DNA of 64,000 nucleotides from Candidatus Omnitrophota bacterium (GCA_030695905.1 JAUYOL010000036.1:54814-118813), one strand, 5' to 3'; shown: positions 27,240 through 37,386, counted from the stretch's first letter. Notes: generated from the letters alone by a model not told the origin. Made by a program: numbers and translations.

Positions 27240-28520
27240 CTATCCCTTTCTTAGTTTTTTAAACTCATTCAAAATATCGTTTGCCATGTTTTCTATTATC
27301 GTATCCGGTTCGTTTCCGCCGGCAACCCATTTCCTGCAGAATTGGCTTATATCTTTGTGTGCGCAGCTTTTTTCCCCTCTTGCCTTTAAAAAAGCCAGAA
27401 GATCCTCATATTTATTACAGCAATTAAATCCGTCTTTAAATATATTTACAACTATACCGGCGGATTGCCAGAAATCCCCGATATCATATATAACGATCTT
27501 TCTGTGTCCTTCCGGCAAGAAGTCAAAAAACGCGCTTGTAATCATCGATATTATGAAATCTACGTGCTCTAAATAGCAGACCAGAGGGTCGTCCTCCAGG
27601 ATGTAAAAATCATTAAACCCGACTTCTCTCATTACACGCCTTATCTTATCCTCATATCGGTACCTGGGGTGCGGTTTGATCAGAAGCGCCGCATTTCCCA
27701 GCTCTTTAACGGCCCTTACGACATCGGAGATATTCCTGTATTTTTCAGCGTCAGCCCTGCCTGTTTCCAGGTTCGGGCAGATATATAATATCCTGGTTTT
27801 GGACGATACACCCATCTGCCCAATGTTCTTTCTGACATCTTCCAAAAAAACTCTCTTAATGCTTTTTTTCCAGTTTATGTCATAACGCGGATCGCCGAAG
27901 ACAAGTATCGGCGTATCCTTCTCGATATGTTCGGCGCAATATTTCTGCCTTTCATGTTCATGCGGGACATAGTACCTGTCAAAATTCAGCTGTTTTTGCT
28001 CAAGCTCCAGCGGATAACAGGGCAACCCGTTGAATATATCAAAGCTTTTAATACCCAATTCGTCCGATATTTTCTTTATATAATAACTTCCATAGGGATA
28101 ATCGACATACTTCACAAGGCTTATGGTATCAAAAAATCCAATGGCGGGCGACAGCCCTGTCAACATTTCCCTTATGAATTTTTCTGTCATCTTGAGCTTC
28201 AATAATTTCGATCGCAGGCCTATGCATTTGTTTCGGAGGAACGCGCATTTTAAATATTTAAAAAATTCCACAAAGAGGCTTATGGTTCTTAAAATTAGAT
28301 CTTTTCTCATGAAAAAGGAATAATCCATGACATTAAGTCCATAGGCCCGGATGATCTTCATCTGCGCCCTGGAAAGTCCGTCTCTATAATTATAATTCTG
28401 GTAAAACATAAGCGGCCTTGCGCCCTTCTCTTTCAAGCTTACCATAAGGGGCAGGCACCTCTCGATCCCGTTGCTTACATGGGACCAAAAAACAAAATCA
28501 CATTTTTGTTTATTTTGCAC
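27240..28520 (-). CDS. Hypothetical protein, possible capsule-biosynthesis / CMP-ulosonic-acid-dependent transferase (GT-B-like); function unassigned
   Basis: 426-aa ORF in operon context between the aldolase and the Wzx flippase; no diagnostic motif recognised. Call is positional only. Confidence 0.3.
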   Translation of the reverse strand: MQNKQKCDFVFWSHVSNGIERCLPLMVSLKEKGARPLMFYQNYNYRDGLSRAQMKIIRAYGLNVMDYSFFMRKDLILRTISLFVEFFKYLKCAFLRNKCIGLRSKLLKLKMTEKFIREMLTGLSPAIGFFDTISLVKYVDYPYGSYYIKKISDELGIKSFDIFNGLPCYPLELEQKQLNFDRYYVPHEHERQKYCAEHIEKDTPILVFGDPRYDINWKKSIKRVFLEDVRKNIGQMGVSSKTRILYICPNLETGRADAEKYRNISDVVRAVKELGNAALLIKPHPRYRYEDKIRRVMREVGFNDFYILEDDPLVCYLEHVDFIISMITSAFFDFLPEGHRKIVIYDIGDFWQSAGIVVNIFKDGFNCCNKYEDLLAFLKARGEKSCAHKDISQFCRKWVAGGNEPDTIIENMANDILNEFKKLRKG

Positions 28521-29991
28521 TTGTTTTTCTCTCGTATATGCGAAGCATATGATAAATTATGTTCGTCCTTGCATTAATATATATCAGAAATGGCAGCATA
28601 GCAATACTTAAAAGGACGCTTTTTACCAGTACGCAACCATATATATTGGGCACCTTGACAAAAAATTCCAGCAAAAGAATAACTATCGAGGAATAAATAA
28701 AAGGCGTGGTTATCTCTATAAAAAATAAAACGATCTCCTTCGGTTTCATGAAATAGCGTAGAGCGTAAACCTGTAAGAGCGAGAAATAGATTAAAGATGC
28801 TATGGAAGTTGCCCAGGCCACGCCATATATACCAAAACCCTTCCTAATCAGGATGTAATTACCGATCACGCTCACAATTATACATACCAATATCACGCCA
28901 ACAATTTTTTTATAGTCCTTGATTACTATCAGAAAATGCACCGCCTGCGGCGAGCAGGAGCGGAAAAACATATCTATCAGCAATATCTGTATTGCAAGGA
29001 TCCCAGGCGTAAATTTAGGCAAAACCAGTTTTATGAAAACCGGCGCAATAAAAAATATCAGGCCAAGCAGCAATGGCAGGATGTAAGCATTTACCTTTGG
29101 CGGTATTATCGCATATTTCTTTATATCTTCCATATTCTGCCGCTTGCCATAGTCCTTAAGAATGTAAGGATAGAGCACCGTGCCGAAACTGGAAAGCTTG
29201 GCTATGTAATTTTTGGCCATTATAGAGATACTGTAATATCCAACAAAAACAACGCCTATCATCTTAGCTATCATGATCCTGTCCACACTTATCAAAATAC
29301 CGTCCAGGAATCCAATGACCGTGATCGGAAAACCTACCTTGATCAGCTCGGGCAGGCCTCTAAAATCCATGCTCAGGCTGACTTTATATTTCACAAGCAT
29401 ATGCATAAAAATTATATTCAACGCCGACACGGCCATTATCGCCATGTACAAGCCGTAAATATTGTAATTCCTGACCAATAGCATGACTAAGATCAAATTT
29501 ATCGCCGCATCAAAAATGATCGACTTGCTCAAAGCGTTAAAATTATTCCTAGCACGTAGAAGCAGCATATAATACCCGCAAAGCCGGTCCAGTATAATGT
29601 ATACTGACAGGATAAGAAGCCCTGCCACGACCTCCGCGGGATACCTATTCCGGAAAACTATCGCGCTGACCAACAACATAAGGCTGGCCGCCAAAGAGGC
29701 CAAAAATATAAGGCTGAACGCTAGATCTTTTACGCGCTCTGCTTTTGCGCGGTTGTCCCGGCCCAGATTAAAAGGTATCTCGTAACCGGCGCCTTCCGCG
29801 ACACCCATGGATATATACGATGAATAATCAGAGATAATCTTTAAAATGCTCCAGATGCCTGTGTAAAACGGCCCCAGGAAACGGCGCATTGCAATAGAAG
29901 TAAAAAATCCTATTCCCTGCGAAACATAACGGGCAAAAGTGAGTTCAAACGTCGCCTTTATTATGGATTTTTTTGTTTCGCTCATTATCAA
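28510..29991 (-). CDS. Wzx-type oligosaccharide flippase (MOP/PST superfamily)
   Basis: 493 aa, about 12-14 TM helices, N-terminal ...FARYVSQGIGFFTSIAMRRFLGPFYTGIWSI... typical of polysaccharide-biosynthesis (PST) exporters. Confidence 0.7.
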   Translation of the reverse strand: MIMSETKKSIIKATFELTFARYVSQGIGFFTSIAMRRFLGPFYTGIWSILKIISDYSSYISMGVAEGAGYEIPFNLGRDNRAKAERVKDLAFSLIFLASLAASLMLLVSAIVFRNRYPAEVVAGLLILSVYIILDRLCGYYMLLLRARNNFNALSKSIIFDAAINLILVMLLVRNYNIYGLYMAIMAVSALNIIFMHMLVKYKVSLSMDFRGLPELIKVGFPITVIGFLDGILISVDRIMIAKMIGVVFVGYYSISIMAKNYIAKLSSFGTVLYPYILKDYGKRQNMEDIKKYAIIPPKVNAYILPLLLGLIFFIAPVFIKLVLPKFTPGILAIQILLIDMFFRSCSPQAVHFLIVIKDYKKIVGVILVCIIVSVIGNYILIRKGFGIYGVAWATSIASLIYFSLLQVYALRYFMKPKEIVLFFIEITTPFIYSSIVILLLEFFVKVPNIYGCVLVKSVLLSIAMLPFLIYINARTNIIYHMLRIYERKTSAK

Positions 29992-31841
29992 TCCTTATCA
30001 AAATAGTCAATCGCACTGCGATCGGGTAAAGGTATTTCGAGCACGAAATCCCTCGCCGGCGCATCGATAAAATTAGCTATAACGCTGATCGCCTCCGGTA
30101 TTGTGTTAAATATCTTAAGAGAACTTCCAAAAAAAGATTCGATACTTTCGTCGATCTTAAATGTCTTATGCCATAGCGACATCACTGGTATCCCGGATAC
30201 TGCGGCTTCAAATAACCCGGTTGACGGGTAGTCAAATATAATCCGTTCCGGACCATGGAGACACTTCGCCAACGGCCTCGTCTTTACGGAGATATTGCTG
30301 TATTTTTTATCTTTGATATAAGAAAGCAGGGATCGATGCTGCCAGCTCTGGCCGGACGCGTACTTGTATATAAAATGCCTATCTTCTATAGCCGCAAAAT
30401 AGTCTATAATCGATTTTTGCATTTCATAATACCATGGAAGCGTATAGAAATTTACATTATATACATTAACGCCTGTAAATACTTTTGTAGGCACATACAT
30501 TATAACGTTATTCTGACACCGCCTGTTCTTATACCTACTTTTAATCGCGCCAAGATAATGTGACGATCGAGATATGTTGCATTTAGCCGGAAAACCAGGC
30601 CGAATACAGTCTTTGAAGTACCTTTCCGAAATACTATCCATCGCAAAATAGTGATCTACAAGATCCAGCTCCGTGACCCCCGCAACTTTTGTGTCATACG
30701 TTATCCCATGCTGAAAAACTACCCTTTTATTATGATCCGCAGCCGCCAAAAAAGCGCCTATCGAATCCTCTTCAGAGCTGGAACGCGCAACAACATAATC
30801 AATGTTCTCTTTTTTGTAAAAATTTTTTAATAATAATATTTCTGTCAAGTTGCGCAAACAAACATGTTCAATAAAGTGCTTAAAATACGGCGTGATAACC
30901 GAAGAAATATCCAGGCCACATTTACCACTTATCCAGCCAATCACGTCTTTTTTCATGCGTATATCACTGAACGCCTTAACGCAATCACTTGTAATATCTT
31001 TTTGTCCGTCCGTATTGCATGATAGTTTTAGCACATCTTTTTGAATAATATCACTGATGAGAACAACCCTGTTTTGATCCTTGAAAAATACCCGGTTACC
31101 GCGCGCTATACTATCCTTTATTATCATATCTATGCCCAGCCATCCGGCATGAAGTACAAATAAGCTCAGGCGCGCCCTGTCTGCCGGCTTTTGGATAAAT
31201 TTATTGATCTTACCGTATTTAAAAAAGTAATAGACGGATTTACAGCGCAGTCTTTTTAAAATTTTCTTTATTTCTTTCACCAAACAGTGCAATTGATTGG
31301 CAGGAATATTTTCCTGCGCGCCGCACTTTATAGATAGCGGCGTACCGTATTTTTCGCATACCAAAGTGACTAATTTCTTAAAAAATGTTCTTTTATTATT
31401 GCTAAGATCGTAGAAATCATCCACTGCATTATCTTTTTTCTTTAAGCAGACGTAAACGATCGAATCGGGCTTTATATTAAAAAGAACCTCCCTCAACACG
31501 CGGGCCTGTATAATAATGGAATCAATAAAATATTTTAGCTGATAAAAGTGCGCCTTTGATAAGCCTATGTTATGCTCTCTGCAATAAGTTATATTCTGTT
31601 TGAGGATCTCATCAAAATAATTGAACCATTGCAACTGGTCATTGAAATATGCATCTTCTTCTGTTTTCAAATCGTCAACACTATAATAATCTTCTATTAA
31701 CTTATACTGAATGCCCGTACGCCCTAAATCATAACAGGCTTCCGGAGTCAGGGCTATAACCATATTATTTCCATAATCCACATCTGGAAGATGGTCTTCG
31801 ACCAAATAACATTTCTTACCGCTTTTAAAATTATTTATCAC
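29988..31841 (-). CDS. Hypothetical 617-aa soluble protein (orphan; candidate nonulosonic-acid transferase/Maf-like, unverified)
   Basis: Long uninterrupted ORF in operon context, no TM segments, no motif recognised. Confidence 0.5.
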   Translation of the reverse strand: MINNFKSGKKCYLVEDHLPDVDYGNNMVIALTPEACYDLGRTGIQYKLIEDYYSVDDLKTEEDAYFNDQLQWFNYFDEILKQNITYCREHNIGLSKAHFYQLKYFIDSIIIQARVLREVLFNIKPDSIVYVCLKKKDNAVDDFYDLSNNKRTFFKKLVTLVCEKYGTPLSIKCGAQENIPANQLHCLVKEIKKILKRLRCKSVYYFFKYGKINKFIQKPADRARLSLFVLHAGWLGIDMIIKDSIARGNRVFFKDQNRVVLISDIIQKDVLKLSCNTDGQKDITSDCVKAFSDIRMKKDVIGWISGKCGLDISSVITPYFKHFIEHVCLRNLTEILLLKNFYKKENIDYVVARSSSEEDSIGAFLAAADHNKRVVFQHGITYDTKVAGVTELDLVDHYFAMDSISERYFKDCIRPGFPAKCNISRSSHYLGAIKSRYKNRRCQNNVIMYVPTKVFTGVNVYNVNFYTLPWYYEMQKSIIDYFAAIEDRHFIYKYASGQSWQHRSLLSYIKDKKYSNISVKTRPLAKCLHGPERIIFDYPSTGLFEAAVSGIPVMSLWHKTFKIDESIESFFGSSLKIFNTIPEAISVIANFIDAPARDFVLEIPLPDRSAIDYFDKD

Positions 31842-32979
31842 GATTATTATAGCCTTTGTCCCAAATATTATCTTTTACCCACTTACCGTTCTCTTTTCTC
31901 CAAACTCTGGGGTCTCTGAATGAATCCGCAACTTTCCAAAACTCATCTTCGGACATACCCACGTATTCTAACCAATAATACAGATCACTGGAGACGACAT
32001 GATCGTATTTCCTGACCATTTCAATGCCTTCATCCCTCGTCATATATCCCATGCGTATGTCTTTTGACGCATGATCTGTTGCCCGGCCATAACCAAATTT
32101 AATATATTTCATAAGGTCGTGAATCCCGTTTTCATACCTGTCATCAAGATTCGATATTTTCCTGTAGGTCCTCTCAAAAGGCGTTTGACTCGGCTTCCAA
32201 TTGTATTTCTGCTGCACCATCTTTGCGTGTTCATTAGGGTCCCATTTGAAAAAATTGCCTATATAAAGACCCCTTACACCTACGCTGAGGATCTCCTCGT
32301 CGCTAGGGTATTTCGCCCACAAAAGGTCTTTTTCGCTAAGCTTTTCGACCGGGTCGTTTAACATGTCATACCATTCAAAGCCGCGCAACCCATGTTCATG
32401 CCTAACCCTGGCGCTGAATTCGACATAATCATCGGGATCATACATTCCGGATATGTCCCAGGCGATTTCTCCCCATATTATAAGCGGTGTTTTGAATCTC
32501 ACGGCCATCTGTATCGGAACTGTAAAAATACCGCAATGTGCGTGCCAGTTCATGTCACCCATTTTTCGAAAACAAAGCCTGTTCATTTTCTTAAGCGTAT
32601 CTACGCTAGGCCCGACCACGACATGGTCCGCATCAAATACATGACGCATCCGGTCCCTGTTATAATCGCCTTCCGGAAGATAATTATTCCCATGATAAGT
32701 AACTAAAAGTGGCTTAAGCTTGTACTCGTCAACTATTATATGCGTCTGATAATAGCTGTCTTTTCCTCCGCTGACAGGAACTATGCAGTCATAATTAGAT
32801 TTATTTGAAGCTCGCGCTTCTGCTATTATCCTGTCGAACCTTTTTTTGCGCTGTTCCCAAAAATCGCCATTCATGCTCATCAGTTTTTCAAACACACGGC
32901 ATGAGCTGCATACTCCTTCTTCGTCAACGTACAGATTTACCGCAATTTGGGGATAAAGGCAGTGCTTACAGTATTTCAT
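31831..32979 (-). CDS. N-acetyl-sugar amidotransferase (PseA/WbpG family, PP-loop ATP pyrophosphatase)
   Basis: CIVPVSGGKDSYYQ PP-loop (SGGxDS). N-terminal Cys-rich region CKHCLYP...CSSC. Family is normally partnered with HisH/HisF paralogs, as seen here. Confidence 0.75.
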   Translation of the reverse strand: MKYCKHCLYPQIAVNLYVDEEGVCSSCRVFEKLMSMNGDFWEQRKKRFDRIIAEARASNKSNYDCIVPVSGGKDSYYQTHIIVDEYKLKPLLVTYHGNNYLPEGDYNRDRMRHVFDADHVVVGPSVDTLKKMNRLCFRKMGDMNWHAHCGIFTVPIQMAVRFKTPLIIWGEIAWDISGMYDPDDYVEFSARVRHEHGLRGFEWYDMLNDPVEKLSEKDLLWAKYPSDEEILSVGVRGLYIGNFFKWDPNEHAKMVQQKYNWKPSQTPFERTYRKISNLDDRYENGIHDLMKYIKFGYGRATDHASKDIRMGYMTRDEGIEMVRKYDHVVSSDLYYWLEYVGMSEDEFWKVADSFRDPRVWRKENGKWVKDNIWDKGYNNRDK

Positions 32980-33800
32980 ACGATTATCTCTTCTTTATTT
33001 TGGAAAAGTTCTGAATTCCTTACATTACAACCTTTTTCATATAGATATTTCTTCGCCAGATAAACACTCTGATCTATGTAATGAAATATATTCGCGGCAG
33101 CAACAGCATCCACCGCGGTAGTATTTAGTGCCTGCGCCAAATGTTCCCATTCGCCTACGCCTCCGCATGCTATAACAGGTATGCGCACTGCCTTGCTGAT
33201 GGCACCAATAAGATCTATGTCATATCCGCTGCGCATTCCGTCGCGATCTATCGAATTTATCAGTATTTCGCCGGCTCCGCAATCTTCGACTTTCTTCGCC
33301 CAACTGGAAGCATCGTATCCCGTAGGCGTCTTTCCGCCGCGTGACATCACCATATGACTACCGCAGGATAGCTTTGCATCGATAGACACTATTATGCATT
33401 GCGAGCCGAACTCTTTCGCAGCCTGGGTGATAAATGACGGGTCCTCCAGTGCCTTGGTATTGATCGCTATCTTATCAGCTCCACTCTTCAGCCTGATACT
33501 TATATCGTCCAACGATCGGATTTTGCCTCCAACAGTAATCGGCATGTAGCATTCTTTGGATACATCATTAAGAATATCTATTATATTTCCCCTATTAGGG
33601 TAGCGCAGGTCCTCTCTCCGGATATCGTAAATATCGTCGCTTGTTATGTCGAGATAGATCAGTTCGTCTGAAGCCCAGTCGCTCATACGCCGCACAGCGG
33701 TTATCGGATTACCAATATTTTGATAGCGGCAGAATCCTTTGCTCTGCACAAGAAAACCGTTTTTTAGCAATAAAACCGGTATCAGTCTTTTCTTCTTCAT
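32976..33800 (-). CDS. Imidazole-glycerol-phosphate-synthase cyclase subunit paralog (HisF-like) of glycan amidotransferase systems
   Basis: Collinear with HisF: RLIPVLLLKNG, YLDITS, TVGGKIRSLDD, GADKIAINT, CIIVSIDAK, GAGEILINSIDRDGMRSGYDIDL, IPVIACGGVG. Confidence 0.85.
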   Translation of the reverse strand: MKKKRLIPVLLLKNGFLVQSKGFCRYQNIGNPITAVRRMSDWASDELIYLDITSDDIYDIRREDLRYPNRGNIIDILNDVSKECYMPITVGGKIRSLDDISIRLKSGADKIAINTKALEDPSFITQAAKEFGSQCIIVSIDAKLSCGSHMVMSRGGKTPTGYDASSWAKKVEDCGAGEILINSIDRDGMRSGYDIDLIGAISKAVRIPVIACGGVGEWEHLAQALNTTAVDAVAAANIFHYIDQSVYLAKKYLYEKGCNVRNSELFQNKEEIIV

Positions 33801-34438
33801 TTTAGGCTCATAAAATTCTTAAGAAGCATTATACCGGCTTTCTGACTTTTTTCCGGGTGAAATTGTACTCCATATATATTATCCCTATTAACTATGGCTG
33901 CAAATTCTTCCCCGTAATTTGACGATGCCATCATCTCTTCCGAGTTTAGCGGCTCAAGATGATAGCTATGAACATAGTAAAAATCAGTATTATCACTCAT
34001 GCCTTCCAGTAAAGGACTTTTTCTTACAACCCTGATATTATTCCACCCCACATGCGGCAATGATAAGTTCGGGGCATTTATTCTCTTCACGGCACCGGGG
34101 ATCCATCCCAGCCCATCGCAGGAACCGTGCTCGTGCCCGACATCGGCCAATACTTGCATACCGACACATATGCCCAGAAACATCTTCTTCTTATTCAAAA
34201 CACTGTATTCTAGCAGCTCAAATGTCGGCATTTTTTTTATCTTATCAATAGCTGCTTTAAATGCGCCTACGCCCGGCAACACCAGATGAGTAGCCTTTTC
34301 CATGTCTTTGGCATCATTAGATACCATTACTGAATCGTGAAAACTTTTAAATGCATTATAGACTGAATTTACATTTCCAAATCCATAGTCTATTATACAT
34401 ACGTTAGATTTTCCTGAGGTCATATCAAAACATCCCAC
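33797..34438 (-). CDS. Glutamine amidotransferase subunit paralog (HisH-like, class I GATase)
   Basis: VCIIDYGFGNVNSV, LVLPGVGAF, GICVGMQVL (catalytic Cys), HVGWN, VQFHPEKS. Confidence 0.85.
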   Translation of the reverse strand: MGCFDMTSGKSNVCIIDYGFGNVNSVYNAFKSFHDSVMVSNDAKDMEKATHLVLPGVGAFKAAIDKIKKMPTFELLEYSVLNKKKMFLGICVGMQVLADVGHEHGSCDGLGWIPGAVKRINAPNLSLPHVGWNNIRVVRKSPLLEGMSDNTDFYYVHSYHLEPLNSEEMMASSNYGEEFAAIVNRDNIYGVQFHPEKSQKAGIMLLKNFMSLK

Positions 34439-35487
34439 GTTAATGGGGTGCCCTTTCTGATGTTCCGCGCGGCATTTTTCCCTAAGACTTTCTTGTAATA
34501 CTTAGGTGCAATTCCATATGCCGGCCTGATAGATTTCACATTATCCTGAGTAAGCTTTGACCCTTTAACAATGTCACGAACAGCAAAAATAGATCGCCTG
34601 AAGATACGGTTATCCCTTTCGCCTTTAGTAAGCCCGTAGTGGACTTTTCCCAGTGCCTTTTCTGCGGTTCGTATACAGGAAACGAGCGCGGCAAATTCAT
34701 GCGGCTCTACGGAGAAAAAACTATCCGGCGTCTTCAATCTGCGTGACAAGATAAAATGCTTTTCCACCATAATGGCGCCAAGGCTGACAGCGGCAACGGC
34801 AACGCTGGTCCCGCAAGTATGATCCGACAGCCCAATCGGAAGATCGAACCTTTTTGCCATATCGGGTATCGTCCTTATATTCATCTCTTCCGGAACTGCC
34901 GGATATCCGCTAACACATTTCATCAGAGTGATATCTTTTGCTCCGGCTTTTTTTGCGGCAGATACCGCATCTTTTATCTCAAGAATGGTCGCCATGCCCG
35001 TTGACAATATGATCGGTTTTTTAGTCTTAGCCGCATATTCTATCAACGGCAGGTCTATTAATTCAAATGATGATATTTTGTGGCAGCTCACTCCTATCTC
35101 TTCCAGAAAATCCACCGAAGTCCTGTCAAACGCGGAAGCAAAAAATACCAGACCCAATCCGTCCGCTACTCTTTTTAACCTCTTAAACCAGTTCCATGGA
35201 GTATAAGACTGCCGATACAATTCGTAAAGCGTCTGGTTGCCCCAGCTAGGGTGCTTGATCCTGAAATATTTGCTATTCGCGTCTATCGTTATAATATCCG
35301 GATTGTAAGCCTGAAATTTTACCGCGTCTGCGCCACATCGTTTTGCGGCCCTTATCATCTCTACAGCGCGCGCAAATTTTTGGCCATGATTTGCCGAGAT
35401 TTCGGCTATTATAAAAACACGGTCTTTTCTACCAGCCATCTGGGCACCTTGCCTTATAAATAATGCCTTTATCATTATGTCCGGCAT
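34420..35487 (-). CDS. pseI: Nonulosonic acid synthase (NeuB/PseI/LegI family) with C-terminal SAF domain
   Basis: IIAEISANHGQKFARAVEMIRAAKRCGADAVKFQ NeuB-family TIM-barrel signature. C-terminal SAF region (...VRDIVKGSKLTQDNVKSIRP...). Neighbouring PseB/C/F suggest the pseudaminic acid branch. Confidence 0.8.
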   Translation of the reverse strand: MPDIMIKALFIRQGAQMAGRKDRVFIIAEISANHGQKFARAVEMIRAAKRCGADAVKFQAYNPDIITIDANSKYFRIKHPSWGNQTLYELYRQSYTPWNWFKRLKRVADGLGLVFFASAFDRTSVDFLEEIGVSCHKISSFELIDLPLIEYAAKTKKPIILSTGMATILEIKDAVSAAKKAGAKDITLMKCVSGYPAVPEEMNIRTIPDMAKRFDLPIGLSDHTCGTSVAVAAVSLGAIMVEKHFILSRRLKTPDSFFSVEPHEFAALVSCIRTAEKALGKVHYGLTKGERDNRIFRRSIFAVRDIVKGSKLTQDNVKSIRPAYGIAPKYYKKVLGKNAARNIRKGTPLTWDVLI

Positions 35488-36661
35488 ATTTGTATCCTGC
35501 CTTTAAAAATACCTTGCGCGATACCTGATTTTCTTTTTTGATCTCGGCAAATATCGGCTTGGAGCTCCCAAATTCAGAAAAAGCTTTTTTCGTCCCGAGC
35601 TTCACCATACCTGTACCAAAGCCTCTGTTAAAAAAAACCGGATTCGTATTAACGCTCACTATTACTGATCTTCCCCTTACCTCGAACCTTATGACGCCCG
35701 CCTTGTCCTGCCCCTGCTGGCATATATATATTCTGGAATTATTATCCTGCATCTTACAGTCAAACCATTTCTTATGCGTACACCATGGTACGGGCTTATC
35801 ATTAAAACTGTTCTTTCTGATTTCGGGCCTGTTCCTCCATTTCCACAGGTCCTTGCAGTCGTCCCGGGTCGCAGTCCTTAAAATAAAACTCTTCTCTTTC
35901 CCAGTCAATGCTTTGAAAAAGTCTATATCTTCTTTAAAATCAGTCAAGTCTTTTGCAGGGTCCTTCGGGGTCTCCAGCGTACAGAGTTTGATGCTGCTTC
36001 CGTTTTTTTTGATCGTCTCCATTATAGCGCCTAGATCGCACTCGCTCCGATTTAAGCAAAGGTGGTCATTGGCCCCCGAATTGTAACTTATCCCCGCGAT
36101 ATGCATTATCTCCGGCTTTAACCTTAAAAAATCATTGATGACTTTAATACGTTCTTTGTGCGAACTATACGCGTAACCAACTGCGTGATTTACGTCAAAA
36201 CAGAATCCAACATTTGCTGTTTTTTTATAACGTTCTATCTCCCGCGGTGAACTGCCCACGCAGATAGTGTTCTTAAGCCCGTGCACCGGTTTATTCTCTA
36301 TCAATATCCGTTCATCGCCAAGAATCGCGAGCTGCTCCTCGGCTTCGGGTCGCTGTCCTAATACGCCACAGTGCACGACTATGTACCTGGCATTCAACTC
36401 ATCCGCGAAACATTGTGCTTCTTTAAAAAGGCGCCTATTGCGCCCCCTCTTGTCTTTGTCAGCCAGGTTGAATCCGTGTGCATAATGAGGTGCGTGTACT
36501 ATATAGGGAACATCTAAACTTTTCCATAATTTGATATAACGTGAGATAGTGCGCGGGACCGCGTAAAGTTCTATGAAATCGTAATTCCCGCCGCTATACA
36601 TCCTTGCGGCGGATTTGATATAGCAACTGTTGTCAGACCATAGCTTTAGCCCTATCTTCAC
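35429..36661 (-). CDS. Fusion: xylose-isomerase-like TIM-barrel (sugar-phosphate isomerase/epimerase fold) + C-terminal GNAT N-acetyltransferase (PseH-like)
   Basis: N-terminal roughly 250 aa has YIVVHCG...ENKP...FCFDVNHA pattern of AP-endonuclease-2/xylose-isomerase-like barrels. C-terminal roughly 150 aa (...VIRFEVRGRSVIVSVNTNPVFFNRGFGTGMV...) is a GNAT acetyl-CoA-binding core. Confidence 0.55.
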   Translation of the reverse strand: MKIGLKLWSDNSCYIKSAARMYSGGNYDFIELYAVPRTISRYIKLWKSLDVPYIVHAPHYAHGFNLADKDKRGRNRRLFKEAQCFADELNARYIVVHCGVLGQRPEAEEQLAILGDERILIENKPVHGLKNTICVGSSPREIERYKKTANVGFCFDVNHAVGYAYSSHKERIKVINDFLRLKPEIMHIAGISYNSGANDHLCLNRSECDLGAIMETIKKNGSSIKLCTLETPKDPAKDLTDFKEDIDFFKALTGKEKSFILRTATRDDCKDLWKWRNRPEIRKNSFNDKPVPWCTHKKWFDCKMQDNNSRIYICQQGQDKAGVIRFEVRGRSVIVSVNTNPVFFNRGFGTGMVKLGTKKAFSEFGSSKPIFAEIKKENQVSRKVFLKAGYKYAGHNDKGIIYKARCPDGW

Positions 36662-37386
36662 GACCGCCCTCGCTCGCTTATCTTCAATGCATCGATAAAT
36701 TTAATTACCCGTTCTAATCTTTTTTTATCTGCACTGATACCGGAAAATTTGTTGAATATCTTATATAGTGCACAATAGTCATCCATGGTATCCAGCGTTA
36801 CGCGTATGTCAGGCCTCCTGAGCTTCGGGATGGGCTCAAGATAACACACATTAAAAATTTCAGTGTTTTTATAAATATAGGTCGTAACATGCTCTCTATC
36901 ATGCGCCCGTCTTGCGGCCCTTGAAACCGCAATAAGCGTATCTCTACGAACCACCTCAACGCCGGACCCGTAAGGTATATTTTTCATTGTCACTAGGTCG
37001 CATCTCGTACTGGTGATTTTGTTAACACATAGATCTATAAAAGATGTTTCCGTCAAAGGATTATCAGCCGTTACGCGCACAATAACATCCGATCCAAGCC
37101 TTAAAGCTGCCTTCGCATATCTATCCAGCACATCTTCTTCGCTTCCTTTAAAGGAGATTACTTTATTTTTACTGGCCTCGGCCGAAATGATTTCGCCCGC
37201 TTCTCCGGTCGACGTAGCTACACATACAGAATCGACCGTCTTCGCGCGCTTGGCGGCATTTATGGCCCTCGCGAGAACTGTCTTGCCGCAAAGATCCATC
37301 ATGGCCTTGCCCGGAAGTCTCGTCGAACCCAAGCGCGCCTGTATAATAACCGACACTTTTTGTCTGCCGCTTACCATGCCGTCCAA
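36658..37386 (-). CDS. pseF: CMP-nonulosonic-acid synthetase (PseF/NeuA/SpsF cytidylyltransferase family)
   Basis: VSVIIQARLGSTRLPGKAMMDLCGKTVL N-terminal signature of SpsF/PseF cytidylyltransferases. 242 aa. Confidence 0.75.
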   Translation of the reverse strand: MDGMVSGRQKVSVIIQARLGSTRLPGKAMMDLCGKTVLARAINAAKRAKTVDSVCVATSTGEAGEIISAEASKNKVISFKGSEEDVLDRYAKAALRLGSDVIVRVTADNPLTETSFIDLCVNKITSTRCDLVTMKNIPYGSGVEVVRRDTLIAVSRAARRAHDREHVTTYIYKNTEIFNVCYLEPIPKLRRPDIRVTLDTMDDYCALYKIFNKFSGISADKKRLERVIKFIDALKISERGRS

